Below, piece by piece: positions 1 through 7,730 of a DNA stretch of 64,000 nucleotides (its first letter is position 1; each line of letters starts with the position of its first letter). The position numbers were made by a program, and so were the translations under genes. The stretch is from a virus. The DNA lies in the IMG/VR virus record IMGVR_UViG_3300033553_000338, positions 1-64,000 of that record; one strand, 5' to 3'. Below the pieces are notes generated by a model. The model searched no databases. It saw only the letters and a list, made by a program, of their open reading frames with translations, and was not told the DNA's origin.

Positions 1-123
1 TCTGACCACATCAGTGTAGCCAGCAATCGGTTCAAGGGTGAAGGATGGGTATTGAATTCCCCCAAGCCTAAGAATAAGTTGACCCACCTGTGCCCAAAAT
101 GTAGCACAGTTTTGAAAAGTTAA
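1..123 (+). CDS. Partial (5'-truncated) small zinc-ribbon protein
   Basis: Frame 1 is open from the window edge: SDHISVASNRFKGEGWVLNSPKPKNKLTHLCPKCSTVLKS*. The GW...HLCPKC ending is typical of small phage Zn-finger proteins. Confidence 0.55.
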   Translation, partial: SDHISVASNRFKGEGWVLNSPKPKNKLTHLCPKCSTVLKS

Positions 124-129
124 ATCAAA

Positions 130-160
130 CCCGTCCGGTAAATCCGGAGGGGCTAATTTT
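130..160 (+). terminator. Intergenic hairpin / putative intrinsic terminator
   Basis: CCCGTCCGG-TAAAT-CCGGAGGGG stem (one mismatch) followed by CTAATTTT, directly after a stop codon. Confidence 0.45.
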
Positions 161-166
161 AAACGT

Positions 167-613
167 ATGGAAAAAATTATTATCGTTGACATCGATGGGA
201 CAATCTCCAAGCCAGGGGATCGTCTGAAATACCTCCAGCAGGATAAGCCTAACTGGGATGCCTTCTATGAAGCTTGCTTCGAGGATGAGCCTATCCAGGA
301 AATTGTGGAGATGGTGGATACCCTTGCGGCAACCTACCAGATTGTATTTTGCACTGGGAGAAAGGAGTCCGTTGGAGAAAAGACAATTGAGTGGGTGAAT
401 AAGTATTTCAAGAACCTTCGGGATAATTCCGTCCTGCTTATGCGTAGGAATGGGGATCTAAGACATGACACCCGGGTAAAACCGGAGCTCTTAAAACTTG
501 CAGAAATCGATCTGGGGAATGTTGCTTTTGTTCTGGAGGACCGGGACAGTATGGTTAAATGCTGGAGAGGTTTAGGACTAAGGTGTCTCCAGGTAGCGGA
601 AGGAGATTTTTAA
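167..613 (+). CDS. HAD-family phosphatase, T4 polynucleotide kinase 3'-phosphatase-like (no kinase domain)
   Basis: Motifs IVDIDGT (DxDxT), FCTGR, LLMR..GD.R.D..VK and EDR; C-terminus WR.LG..CLQVA.GDF. Confidence 0.85.
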   Translation: MEKIIIVDIDGTISKPGDRLKYLQQDKPNWDAFYEACFEDEPIQEIVEMVDTLAATYQIVFCTGRKESVGEKTIEWVNKYFKNLRDNSVLLMRRNGDLRHDTRVKPELLKLAEIDLGNVAFVLEDRDSMVKCWRGLGLRCLQVAEGDF

Positions 614-615
614 TT

Positions 616-1341
616 ATGGCAGAGCTGACACTGACCCCGGACGGATCCGGGATGATGGCTGAGGCCAGCCGGGAAGCAATGACCGTTTTTGCATACGCTA
701 TTTATGAGGCAAATCCAGGATTGTCACACCAGTTACGCCGCTGGGTAAAGTCCGCAGACTGTGCGTCATTGGTTAATGACATCCAGGAATTTATTACCTA
801 TCATGGATTTACCTGGACGGTGGAGAGGATCGCGGAAGAGTACCGGAAGCATGTCCGGTGCGCTTATGTAAGCTGCACTGCAAAGATAGTTATTGACAAA
901 TTCAAAAACCGACTACAGCTGCACGTTAATTCTCCGGAATTCATAAAACTCATCAGAACATCTGGGGAAATTTCCCCTGAAGCGGTTAAGCCGGTTATGT
1001 CTTTTGGGCCAGCCAGTGAAATTTCAGACGGATACCATACTTTCGAGGAGCTGTATAGTTTCCGGAAAATGTACAATTGCCTGTTATTTAATGAGTGGGC
1101 CAAGGCCGGTAAATACAACGTTCACAAGTCCAAGCGACACTTTACCGGTGAGCTTTGCTTTGGAGGAGACTGGTTTATTGTCACAGCGGTACTTCCCACG
1201 GGCCAGATATCCAATCACTATAAACTGGAAGACTGGGACTTGTTTAAGGTCCCCGACACCGAAAAATCAGAGGTAGAATTTGATGGACATACCGGGATAG
1301 ATGTGCTCGTGAGAATGCGTTCGTTGAACGATACCCTATAA
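616..1341 (+). CDS. WDGH-domain phage protein with an N-terminal extension
   Basis: C-terminal SDGYHTFEELY..R...HKSKRH..G...WFIV...PTGQISNHY...WDLF...FDGHT. Start moved to ATG 616, just after the upstream stop. Confidence 0.7.
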   Translation: MAELTLTPDGSGMMAEASREAMTVFAYAIYEANPGLSHQLRRWVKSADCASLVNDIQEFITYHGFTWTVERIAEEYRKHVRCAYVSCTAKIVIDKFKNRLQLHVNSPEFIKLIRTSGEISPEAVKPVMSFGPASEISDGYHTFEELYSFRKMYNCLLFNEWAKAGKYNVHKSKRHFTGELCFGGDWFIVTAVLPTGQISNHYKLEDWDLFKVPDTEKSEVEFDGHTGIDVLVRMRSLNDTL

Positions 1342-1375
1342 CCGTTTTAAATATAGCAAGGAGAATGAGTTAATT

Positions 1376-1615
1376 ATGTCAATATTTAAACAAAAGACAT
1401 CAGTTAATTATAAAAGGCAGGTCCATCCCTTTAAGCAACGGATGATTGCCCTATGGCATGTCCTTACAGATCGTAATTTTATCCTGATCACATCCATTGA
1501 GGAGTTTACCAAAGATGGGGAACCAGGGAGAAAAGTTACGTTAATCCAGCGCACTGACTATGACAGGGACTCTGATGAGCTCTCTTGTCTAGGAGGAGCA
1601 TCTTTGTGTAAATAA
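1376..1615 (+). CDS. Hypothetical protein
   Basis: 79-aa ORF with an AT-rich leader, in series with its neighbours. Confidence 0.6.
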   Translation: MSIFKQKTSVNYKRQVHPFKQRMIALWHVLTDRNFILITSIEEFTKDGEPGRKVTLIQRTDYDRDSDELSCLGGASLCK

Positions 1616-1631
1616 CCCTTAAATTATATCG

Positions 1632-1793
1632 ATGTCAAAACAATCAGAAGTAAAGAAAAGAAGACCCCGGGTAAAGCTGGTCAAAACACTTGATTTAGAT
1701 CAGGTGGCCAGTAATTTCAAAGTCTCAAGACAAGTTGACGGAGAAGGTCTTCGTGTGAAGTTGAGGAAGTCGAATACTTCTGAATTAATCTAA
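1632..1793 (+). CDS. Small basic hypothetical protein (53 aa, not in the ORF track)
   Basis: MSKQSEVKKRRPRVKLVKTLDLDQVASNFKVSRQVDGEGLRVKLRKSNTSELI* fills the gap between genes and is followed by a terminator. Confidence 0.6.
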   Translation: MSKQSEVKKRRPRVKLVKTLDLDQVASNFKVSRQVDGEGLRVKLRKSNTSELI

Positions 1794-1797
1794 ACCT

Positions 1798-1836
1798 GCC
1801 AGGGCCTGTCACAGGGCTCTGGCTTAATTTTTTTTT
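1798..1836 (+). terminator. Putative intrinsic terminator
   Basis: GCCAGGGCC...GGCTCTGGC stem followed by TTAATTTTTTTTT. Confidence 0.6.
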
Positions 1837-1839
1837 AAC

Positions 1840-2211
1840 ATGGTATTAAGGAGTACAAAAATAGCGGTGATCACCTCAACGGCAGAGTCGTTTCAATATG
1901 CAGTCAGGGAAGATATTAAAAAGAACCCAGAGAACACCTTTAAAGATTACGTGTTTGTTCACAGCATTCACACCGTTGATGGACGGTTATTTTCCCGAAT
2001 AATCTACGGGGATCTGTATTACCGGGTGGATCGGGATGTCATCGAAATTGTCAAAATACGTCTAATTAATGGAAAAGAAAAAGATCAATCACCTGAACCA
2101 TCACGGGCTGGTGAACAGCGGGTACCGGTGGCTGAAGAAGCGGTGCGGAGCGATGTTCAAGGAGCTGACTTCCGTGACTGTGGAAGTGCCGGATGTGATT
2201 GGGTTCAATAG
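1840..2211 (+). CDS. Hypothetical protein
   Basis: ORF with an AT-rich leader. Its C-terminal ~47 codons overlap the next gene. Confidence 0.55.
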   Translation: MVLRSTKIAVITSTAESFQYAVREDIKKNPENTFKDYVFVHSIHTVDGRLFSRIIYGDLYYRVDRDVIEIVKIRLINGKEKDQSPEPSRAGEQRVPVAEEAVRSDVQGADFRDCGSAGCDWVQ

Positions 2212-2557
2212 TAACGGGAGCTTCCTTTTAGAGGCCAAGGCTTCCAGGGCTGACTTTTTAGCTGACCGGAAGAAACCCTTTCGAAAGGATCCGTCTAAAG
2301 GAATGGGAGACTGGAGATTTTATATTGTCCCTGAAGGGATGGTACGTATTGAGGAGCTTCCCGAGATGTGGGGATTGCTGGAAGTGAATTCCCGGGGAAC
2401 GGCCCGGATTTCGCATAACCCTTTTGGGAGAGGTAATATTTATTCCCTCTGGAAACGGAATCTGAAAAATGAAGTGGCCGAACGTGATGTCATGTACAGT
2501 GCCCTGAGGAGATTACAGCAAAAGGGATGGCTGGAGAAGTTAATTGAAAAGGAGTAA
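2069..2557 (+). CDS. MmcB-like PD-(D/E)XK nuclease-fold protein
   Basis: E.PDVIG....S.LLEAKASRADF..D.KK...G.WRFY..P.G.....ELP..WGLL. Confidence 0.7.
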   Translation: MEKKKINHLNHHGLVNSGYRWLKKRCGAMFKELTSVTVEVPDVIGFNSNGSFLLEAKASRADFLADRKKPFRKDPSKGMGDWRFYIVPEGMVRIEELPEMWGLLEVNSRGTARISHNPFGRGNIYSLWKRNLKNEVAERDVMYSALRRLQQKGWLEKLIEKE

Positions 2558-2573
2558 ATTATTGTGGGGGACG

Positions 2574-2605
2574 TTGTGTGATGTTCTAATTAATTGTATC
2601 TTGCA
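2574..2605 (+). promoter_or_regulatory. Putative Bacteroidota sigma70-type promoter (variant -7 element)
   Basis: TTG (2574-2576), a 20-nt spacer, then TATCTTGCA (2597-2605). Same layout as 6653-6684. Confidence 0.4.
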
Positions 2606-2756
2606 GTTATACCAAAATCCAACTAAAAAACAACCCTGGGGAGAATGAAAAATCATAGAGTTGTCTTATAGTTGTGATTATGAAAAGTACGGTTAGTTAA
2701 AACCAAGGTCATTTTCAAACGATTAAGTTTTCAAAGAATTTTTTCGTATACCCACT

Positions 2757-2963
2757 TTAATCCATAACAAGGAAAAGAGGATTCTGTTTCATCAACTCCA
2801 CGGATACCTCCTCACTTACGGAATCAACTTTTTCTACTAGCTCTGACAGGCCTATGGCCTGGAGCATTATGGACACATTTTTCAGAGAACTTACTGACAA
2901 CGACAACATTTCATAATCGTCGAAATCCTCCCCACTCGCTACTTCGGGTTCTGAGATTAACAT
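2757..2963 (-). CDS. Small acidic hypothetical protein
   Basis: 68-aa ORF preceded by a canonical host-type promoter. Confidence 0.6.
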   Translation of the reverse strand: MLISEPEVASGEDFDDYEMLSLSVSSLKNVSIMLQAIGLSELVEKVDSVSEEVSVELMKQNPLFLVMD

Positions 2964-2995
2964 GATTAGGTATTTAATTAGTAAAACTTAAAATG

Positions 2996-3025
2996 CAAAT
3001 ATAGACGATATTAAACGTAAAACAA
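2996..3025 (-). promoter_or_regulatory. Bacteroidota housekeeping-sigma promoter
   Basis: Minus strand reads TTG-N19-TATATTTG, matching the -33/-7 consensus TTG...TAnnTTTG, 33 nt upstream of the ATG at 2963. Confidence 0.65.
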
Positions 3026-3066
3026 CTTTTTAAAATCACCCATTCACAAAATTTATTTAACAAATT

Positions 3067-3375
3067 ATGGAAAACAAAATTAACAATGTAGAACCCAAAT
3101 GTTTACAGAACATTTGTGCGGAAGAAAAAACAACCCATCACCCCAAATTATTTCAATTGTTGTATAATCCTCAGCCGGATATTACCACTTTCGAGCTGGC
3201 TCAGGTGGTTGGGCTCAGTTTTGAATTATCAAACTCCCCTTTTCCCTTATCAGAGGAAGCCCTTGAAATGATCCCTTTAGATATAAAGAAGCATTATACA
3301 ATCAAGGAAGTTTCCGAAGAGTTTTACGAAATGGTGGAAAAACAACAAAATAACAAAACATGCGAAAGATCATAA
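3067..3375 (+). CDS. Hypothetical protein
   Basis: 102-aa ORF with an A-rich leader (TTTAACAAATT-ATG). Confidence 0.65.
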   Translation: MENKINNVEPKCLQNICAEEKTTHHPKLFQLLYNPQPDITTFELAQVVGLSFELSNSPFPLSEEALEMIPLDIKKHYTIKEVSEEFYEMVEKQQNNKTCERS

Positions 3376-3566
3376 TTTATTTCAAAGTTATATGGAACTG
3401 GTGGCTTCGCAGCTCGTATGATACGGCAACGTTTTCCTGGAATAAAACCTCGGGTCGGTGTGCCAACGCTTCCTGGGAAGATCAGTCAACAGGTACTTAC
3501 TGCTATCTGCTTGAAAAGCAGTGCCATGCCCCCAAGTGTAAACACTGGAGAGATAGATACCGTTAA
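3360..3566 (+). CDS. Small Cys-containing hypothetical protein
   Basis: Overlaps the upstream stop. Four Cys in the C-terminal half. Confidence 0.45.
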   Translation: MRKIIIYFKVIWNWWLRSSYDTATFSWNKTSGRCANASWEDQSTGTYCYLLEKQCHAPKCKHWRDRYR

Positions 3567-3727
3567 TCTGTTGTTTGCTTTAAAATGGCTGGAAACCCTT
3601 CCGGACCACATCCAAAAGGCAATGAGGGAGCATGGCTTTGAATTTTGCAAAACCACACTCCCTTTTACCAGGTATATCAATGAAATGAATGATCTGGGGA
3701 TGGACCAATGGCTGAAAGAACACCTCT

Positions 3728-4228
3728 CTACAGAGGACTTTCAGTATCACCGGACACCTGGGGAGCATCTTCGGGACTCGTAGCTTCCAGCTTCTTGTCG
3801 TAATCTTGTTTTTTCATGGCATCCTTGACGGTCATTTTAAGATCCATCAACATGTCCACCTTGCCTTGAGTATCGATGTATTTCCGGTAAGCCTCCACGA
3901 AAAGCTCCACCTGGAACAGCCGTTTGAAATACACGGCTTTCCGGGTTTTGTTTTCTTCACTGAGGAGATCCCACCGGTCCTCTTCGGTCATGATTTCCAA
4001 TTCCCCGGGGAAGTTGTTGTCAAAGGCCTCCTGGGTCACTACCATCTCATGAATGGCATGGGGAAGGTATTTTTGGATCTTCCGCAGGGTATCCCTACGG
4101 GCTTTACGACTCTCAAAAGTACTCGGAAGGTTCTTTCGAAGTTCAGCTCCGGACAATCCGGCCTTGGCCTCTGTTGTGGCACCTTCTAAATCTGCGTCTA
4201 CGGTTTTTGTTGTGTTACCTGTGTTCAT
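3728..4228 (-). CDS. Hypothetical protein
   Basis: 166-aa ORF, last gene of the overlapping minus-strand thyA operon. Confidence 0.7.
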   Translation of the reverse strand: MNTGNTTKTVDADLEGATTEAKAGLSGAELRKNLPSTFESRKARRDTLRKIQKYLPHAIHEMVVTQEAFDNNFPGELEIMTEEDRWDLLSEENKTRKAVYFKRLFQVELFVEAYRKYIDTQGKVDMLMDLKMTVKDAMKKQDYDKKLEATSPEDAPQVSGDTESPL

Positions 4229-4517
4229 CCTTTGTTTTATTTTCTGGGTTATGTTTTATAATCATCTTCTCAATCCCTTGATGGATCGCGTCCGGGCTCT
4301 CATCAACATAGTAGTCTGTCCCGTTAGCTACTACTACAGTCATTTTCTCTTCATCATCAAAGTAAATGGCACTGATATGAGTGACATTGATCTTGTAGAG
4401 TGAAAACATCTTGAGGGAAACTCCGGGCTTGAAAAACCAGCCCAGGATTTCCTTGGTCCCTGGCTTTAACTTGTCCAGGATATTCTTTTCTATTAGTACG
4501 GGTAGTGTTATAAACAT
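4215..4517 (-). CDS. Hypothetical protein, FlbD-like small beta domain
   Basis: INVTHI..I......TVVV.NG..YYVDES.D.I pattern. Confidence 0.5.
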   Translation of the reverse strand: MFITLPVLIEKNILDKLKPGTKEILGWFFKPGVSLKMFSLYKINVTHISAIYFDDEEKMTVVVANGTDYYVDESPDAIHQGIEKMIIKHNPENKTKDEHR

Positions 4518-5515
4518 GAGTGTATCTGATTATAGGCTTGTTGAATAATTGAGTGTTCGATCAAAAAAGTTCTAAATCCTCCGATGAAATCCATCCACCA
4601 ACCGGAATTAATCGCAATAGGATCCACTTCACCGGTTTCCGGATTCAGCCACAGGATTGTCATCTTTTCAATTTCATATCCCGGATATTGGTCCAGGAGC
4701 ATGTAAGCATATAAAGTAAGCTGGATGCAGTAATGATAATAGTCCGTATCCGGAGTGGAGCTAAAGTATCCAAGCATGGTGTTGAATGCTTTCTTGGATT
4801 GCTCCGGACGTTTGCTATTGGTCTTGTAATCCAGAATCCAGATCTTCTTGGTCTGGTGATTCAGCATGACCAGATCCGATTGGCCGGCCAAACAATACCG
4901 GGAATCGATTAACAGCGGTTCTGCAACACACTGGTACCCGTTTCGCAGGAATCCATTCAGAACCTTGTCTACGTTCTTCAGGATCTCCGGAATGATGGGA
5001 CGGATAGCGGTGGCCGGATTTCTCAGCTTCAAATGTTCCATGACCTGATCATGGGAAATACCCGGGTAAACGGACAGGTACTCACACCCCATGTGGGCCG
5101 CAGTGCCGTAAGAGCTGGCATCGATGCTGTTATCACTCCAGGCCTTGCGTATCCGTGCAGCCCGTTCATCGATACTCAGATGTTCCCATCCCAGGGTATC
5201 TAAAAAATTTGCTTCATAGGTTTTCTTCCTGGCACAGTGGTAGGACATCGGACCTTCCTCAAAATCATTGGAAAACAGGTCAAGAAAGGTTGTCACAGAA
5301 ATCAGTGGATAGCGGTAGCCTTGGTTGACCACAAAGTAAACGTGTTCCAGATCCTCGTAGTAAGCATCCAGTCCCTGTACGTTTAAGTACTTGTATCTGG
5401 GGGCTACCTGTAGGGGAAACTCCCTTGGGGGTTGCACCCGCTTGACAACGGGTAACTGGTTAGACAACTTATTGGCTAACTTTCCAACGATCATATCCAC
5501 GTTCGCTTTCTCCAT
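4508..5515 (-). CDS. PD-(D/E)XK (RecB-type) exonuclease
   Basis: ISVTT, GTAAH, AE..L, LAGQSDL, ILDYKT and QL.LYAYML motifs. Confidence 0.85.
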   Translation of the reverse strand: MEKANVDMIVGKLANKLSNQLPVVKRVQPPREFPLQVAPRYKYLNVQGLDAYYEDLEHVYFVVNQGYRYPLISVTTFLDLFSNDFEEGPMSYHCARKKTYEANFLDTLGWEHLSIDERAARIRKAWSDNSIDASSYGTAAHMGCEYLSVYPGISHDQVMEHLKLRNPATAIRPIIPEILKNVDKVLNGFLRNGYQCVAEPLLIDSRYCLAGQSDLVMLNHQTKKIWILDYKTNSKRPEQSKKAFNTMLGYFSSTPDTDYYHYCIQLTLYAYMLLDQYPGYEIEKMTILWLNPETGEVDPIAINSGWWMDFIGGFRTFLIEHSIIQQAYNQIHSCL

Positions 5516-6543
5516 TATACCACCATTTCAGCTTTAATCACCGGCCCGTCACTTACGTAGTCAATCTGAATTTCATCCGGGGAAATATTGTCCGGATCTT
5601 CGTCCCAGTTAATTGTGTAGTCAAAGTACCCGACAGGATCAGTATCCTGTAAAAGCTGGGTATTAACGGCATCGGTATGGTTTTCGTAAATGTGTGCGTT
5701 CACTACGCGATGGGTAAACTGGCCGGGGGCAAGGCCCGTAAGCTCCGCGATACATAAAAGCAACAGCGCTGAAGAAGTGATATTAAAAGGTACTCCCAGG
5801 AAGGCATCTCCGGACCGCTGAGTCATATCCATGTTCAGACGGTAAGTAGGGATTTTTAAATCTTCCAGTAATTCGGGATTGTAATTGTATACGTGCTCTT
5901 TCAAGATGGCCTCAGCCATGTAAATGCGTTCTTGTTGGGTAATTGGGATGGTGTTAAAAATTAGGGGCATGGAGTGACATGGAGGAAGTGCTGAGTGTTT
6001 ACTGTCATAGGAGGAAAAGGTATCCAGAACAATCTGCCGTGAGTTTGGATTAGTCCTAAGGTCTTGAATCAGTTCGTATAATGGATCTGTTTCTATAACT
6101 TTTCCAGACAGATTCACGACCTGTTTTCTTCTCCATTGATACCCATACATCCGGCCCAGATCACCAAAAATGTACGCCTTTTTATTGATCTCTCCGGTAG
6201 CCCCGGCATCCACAAAGCTTAAAAAATCTTCTATTGGAAGGTTCCCACCCAGGCCTTCGTAATACCTGTAAGCGTTTGCATCCCAGAAGTGTACCTTATT
6301 TTCCCGCAACCTGCGGACATTGGTGTCACCGGCCAGGAACCATAAAAGTTCTTGTATAATACCTTTTATCCAGATCTCTTTAGTACTCACCACAGGGACT
6401 CCCTGCGACAGATCAAACACCATTGGAGTCGTTGTTCCGAAAGCTTCTATCGTTCCATACCCCTGATCCCTGCTGGGATCCTTCTTCACGCCATTCATCA
6501 AAATCTCCAAGAGGAATTTGTGGTATGTTTCGTTCGTATTCAT
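5515..6543 (-). CDS. thyA: Thymidylate synthase
   Basis: ELLWFL.G.TN, GDLG..YG.QWR, NPNSR, LPPCH (catalytic Cys), QRSGD.FLGVPFN and AHIYENH. Start placed at 6543 because a promoter lies at 6569-6576 (the track starts at 6582). Confidence 0.95.
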   Translation of the reverse strand: MNTNETYHKFLLEILMNGVKKDPSRDQGYGTIEAFGTTTPMVFDLSQGVPVVSTKEIWIKGIIQELLWFLAGDTNVRRLRENKVHFWDANAYRYYEGLGGNLPIEDFLSFVDAGATGEINKKAYIFGDLGRMYGYQWRRKQVVNLSGKVIETDPLYELIQDLRTNPNSRQIVLDTFSSYDSKHSALPPCHSMPLIFNTIPITQQERIYMAEAILKEHVYNYNPELLEDLKIPTYRLNMDMTQRSGDAFLGVPFNITSSALLLLCIAELTGLAPGQFTHRVVNAHIYENHTDAVNTQLLQDTDPVGYFDYTINWDEDPDNISPDEIQIDYVSDGPVIKAEMVV

Positions 6544-6568
6544 ATTTCTTTTAAGGTCGTTGTGTTCA

Positions 6569-6576
6569 CAAATATA
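6569..6576 (-). promoter_or_regulatory. Host-type -7 promoter element for the thyA operon
   Basis: Minus strand TATATTTG (TAnnTTTG), 26 nt upstream of ATG 6543. Confidence 0.55.
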
Positions 6577-6652
6577 GTGCATTAAGATCTATTATACTAA
6601 TAGGCCTTAGAAAAAATTTATCAAAAAGCTAGAAAAAAATTTCGTTAATCTA

Positions 6653-6684
6653 TTGACTTATGTCAAAACAATGGTTACCTTGCA
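6653..6684 (+). promoter_or_regulatory. Putative promoter of the HNH-like gene, overlapping the palindrome TTGAC-N4-GTCAA
   Basis: TTG (6653-6655), a 20-nt spacer, then TACCTTGCA (6676-6684). Inverted repeat at 6653-6666. Confidence 0.45.
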
Positions 6685-6718
6685 ACTGATTTATCAAAAA
6701 TTTCTTAATTTATATCTT

Positions 6719-7582
6719 ATGTCAACCGAGCAATGGAAGCCACTGGAGAAATTCCCGGGCTACAAAATTAGTGATCTTGGTCGGGTTTATAGTGAAAAGC
6801 GTTCCAAGGTTTTAAAGAACCGTGTCACCACTACGGGATACGAAATCGTAGATTTGCCTGTAGGAAATAAAAAGTACAAGTCTTTCCACATACATTCCCT
6901 TGTTGCGGAAAACTTTGTACCCAATGAAGACCCCGAGAACCTTACGAATATTATACACCTGAATTGGGAACGGGCCGATAACCGGGCAAACAACCTGAAA
7001 TGGGCTTCCCGGGCCGATACCTCTGCTTATGCCTTCCGCACACATGATAGTGTAAATGAGAAGGATACGCTGGAGCACTCGGATATTACCCTCCGGCCAG
7101 AGGAGCATGTCAAGGAGAAAATTCTGGGCAAGAAAAATGTATGGTATTTCTATCAAGGGAAATACCGGAAGGTTCGTATATCCAAGTCCTCCCTGTACTT
7201 TTTCATCAAGGATCCGGAAACATTCGACTGGTCCATTAAGACCGTTGCTCATGATATCCTTGAAAATACGGTAGGTTCTTGTCCCAGTCCGAAGCATAAG
7301 GCCGGGTACCTGGATTTCAACATTACCAACCTGCATCCGCGTAACCTGGTCTGGGAAACCCAGTCAGAGAAGCTTAAGCGATTGGTTAAGTTCAACCCAA
7401 CCTATGTAAGGGAACGGTCTGAGGCCATCGCCAAGGTGCTTACCCAGGAGGTGCCTTATCTGAAAAAGAGACGGATTCAAAACTTGTACAAGCTTGGGAA
7501 TTCCGTAGAGAAAATTGCAAAGAAAGTCAAACTGTCCAGGTACATGGTAGATAAGGAGATCAAAAATGGAGGAACTAAATAA
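6719..7582 (+). CDS. NUMOD4 + two HNH_3-like domains + C-terminal HTH (homing-endonuclease derived)
   Basis: EQWK....PGYKISD.GRV.S (NUMOD4); HSLVAENFVPN...IH.N..R.DNR.NNL.W; a second copy AH.ILE..VG.CP...GYLD.N.TN.HPRNL.W; C-terminal LYKLG.S...IAK...LS HTH. ATG at 6719. Confidence 0.75.
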   Translation: MSTEQWKPLEKFPGYKISDLGRVYSEKRSKVLKNRVTTTGYEIVDLPVGNKKYKSFHIHSLVAENFVPNEDPENLTNIIHLNWERADNRANNLKWASRADTSAYAFRTHDSVNEKDTLEHSDITLRPEEHVKEKILGKKNVWYFYQGKYRKVRISKSSLYFFIKDPETFDWSIKTVAHDILENTVGSCPSPKHKAGYLDFNITNLHPRNLVWETQSEKLKRLVKFNPTYVRERSEAIAKVLTQEVPYLKKRRIQNLYKLGNSVEKIAKKVKLSRYMVDKEIKNGGTK

Positions 7583-7730
7583 AAAACTCAGACCCCTAAT
7601 TAAGGTCAACCCTATTTTCGATATTGTCATTGACATCGAGACTGAGGAAAAGAACTACACCTTAAAGTTTGATGTAGCTCCTTTCCCCTGGATCACTCGA
7701 AGTACAACGGACTTATTCGTCCTCGAATAG
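7566..7730 (+). CDS. Small hypothetical protein (54 aa, not in the ORF track)
   Basis: MEELNKKLRPLIKVNPIFDIVIDIETEEKNYTLKFDVAPFPWITRSTTDLFVLE*. Overlaps the upstream stop and converges on the 1474-aa gene. Confidence 0.45.
   Translation: MEELNKKLRPLIKVNPIFDIVIDIETEEKNYTLKFDVAPFPWITRSTTDLFVLE

Noticed and set aside
4508-5515. Cas4 / CRISPR-associated system
   Set aside because: The nuclease lacks the Cas4 C-terminal Fe-S cysteine cluster, and no repeat-spacer array was found.
5515-6543. dCMP hydroxymethylase-type base-modifying ThyA homolog
   Set aside because: It retains the dUMP-specifying Asn (GVPFN) and canonical ThyA motifs.
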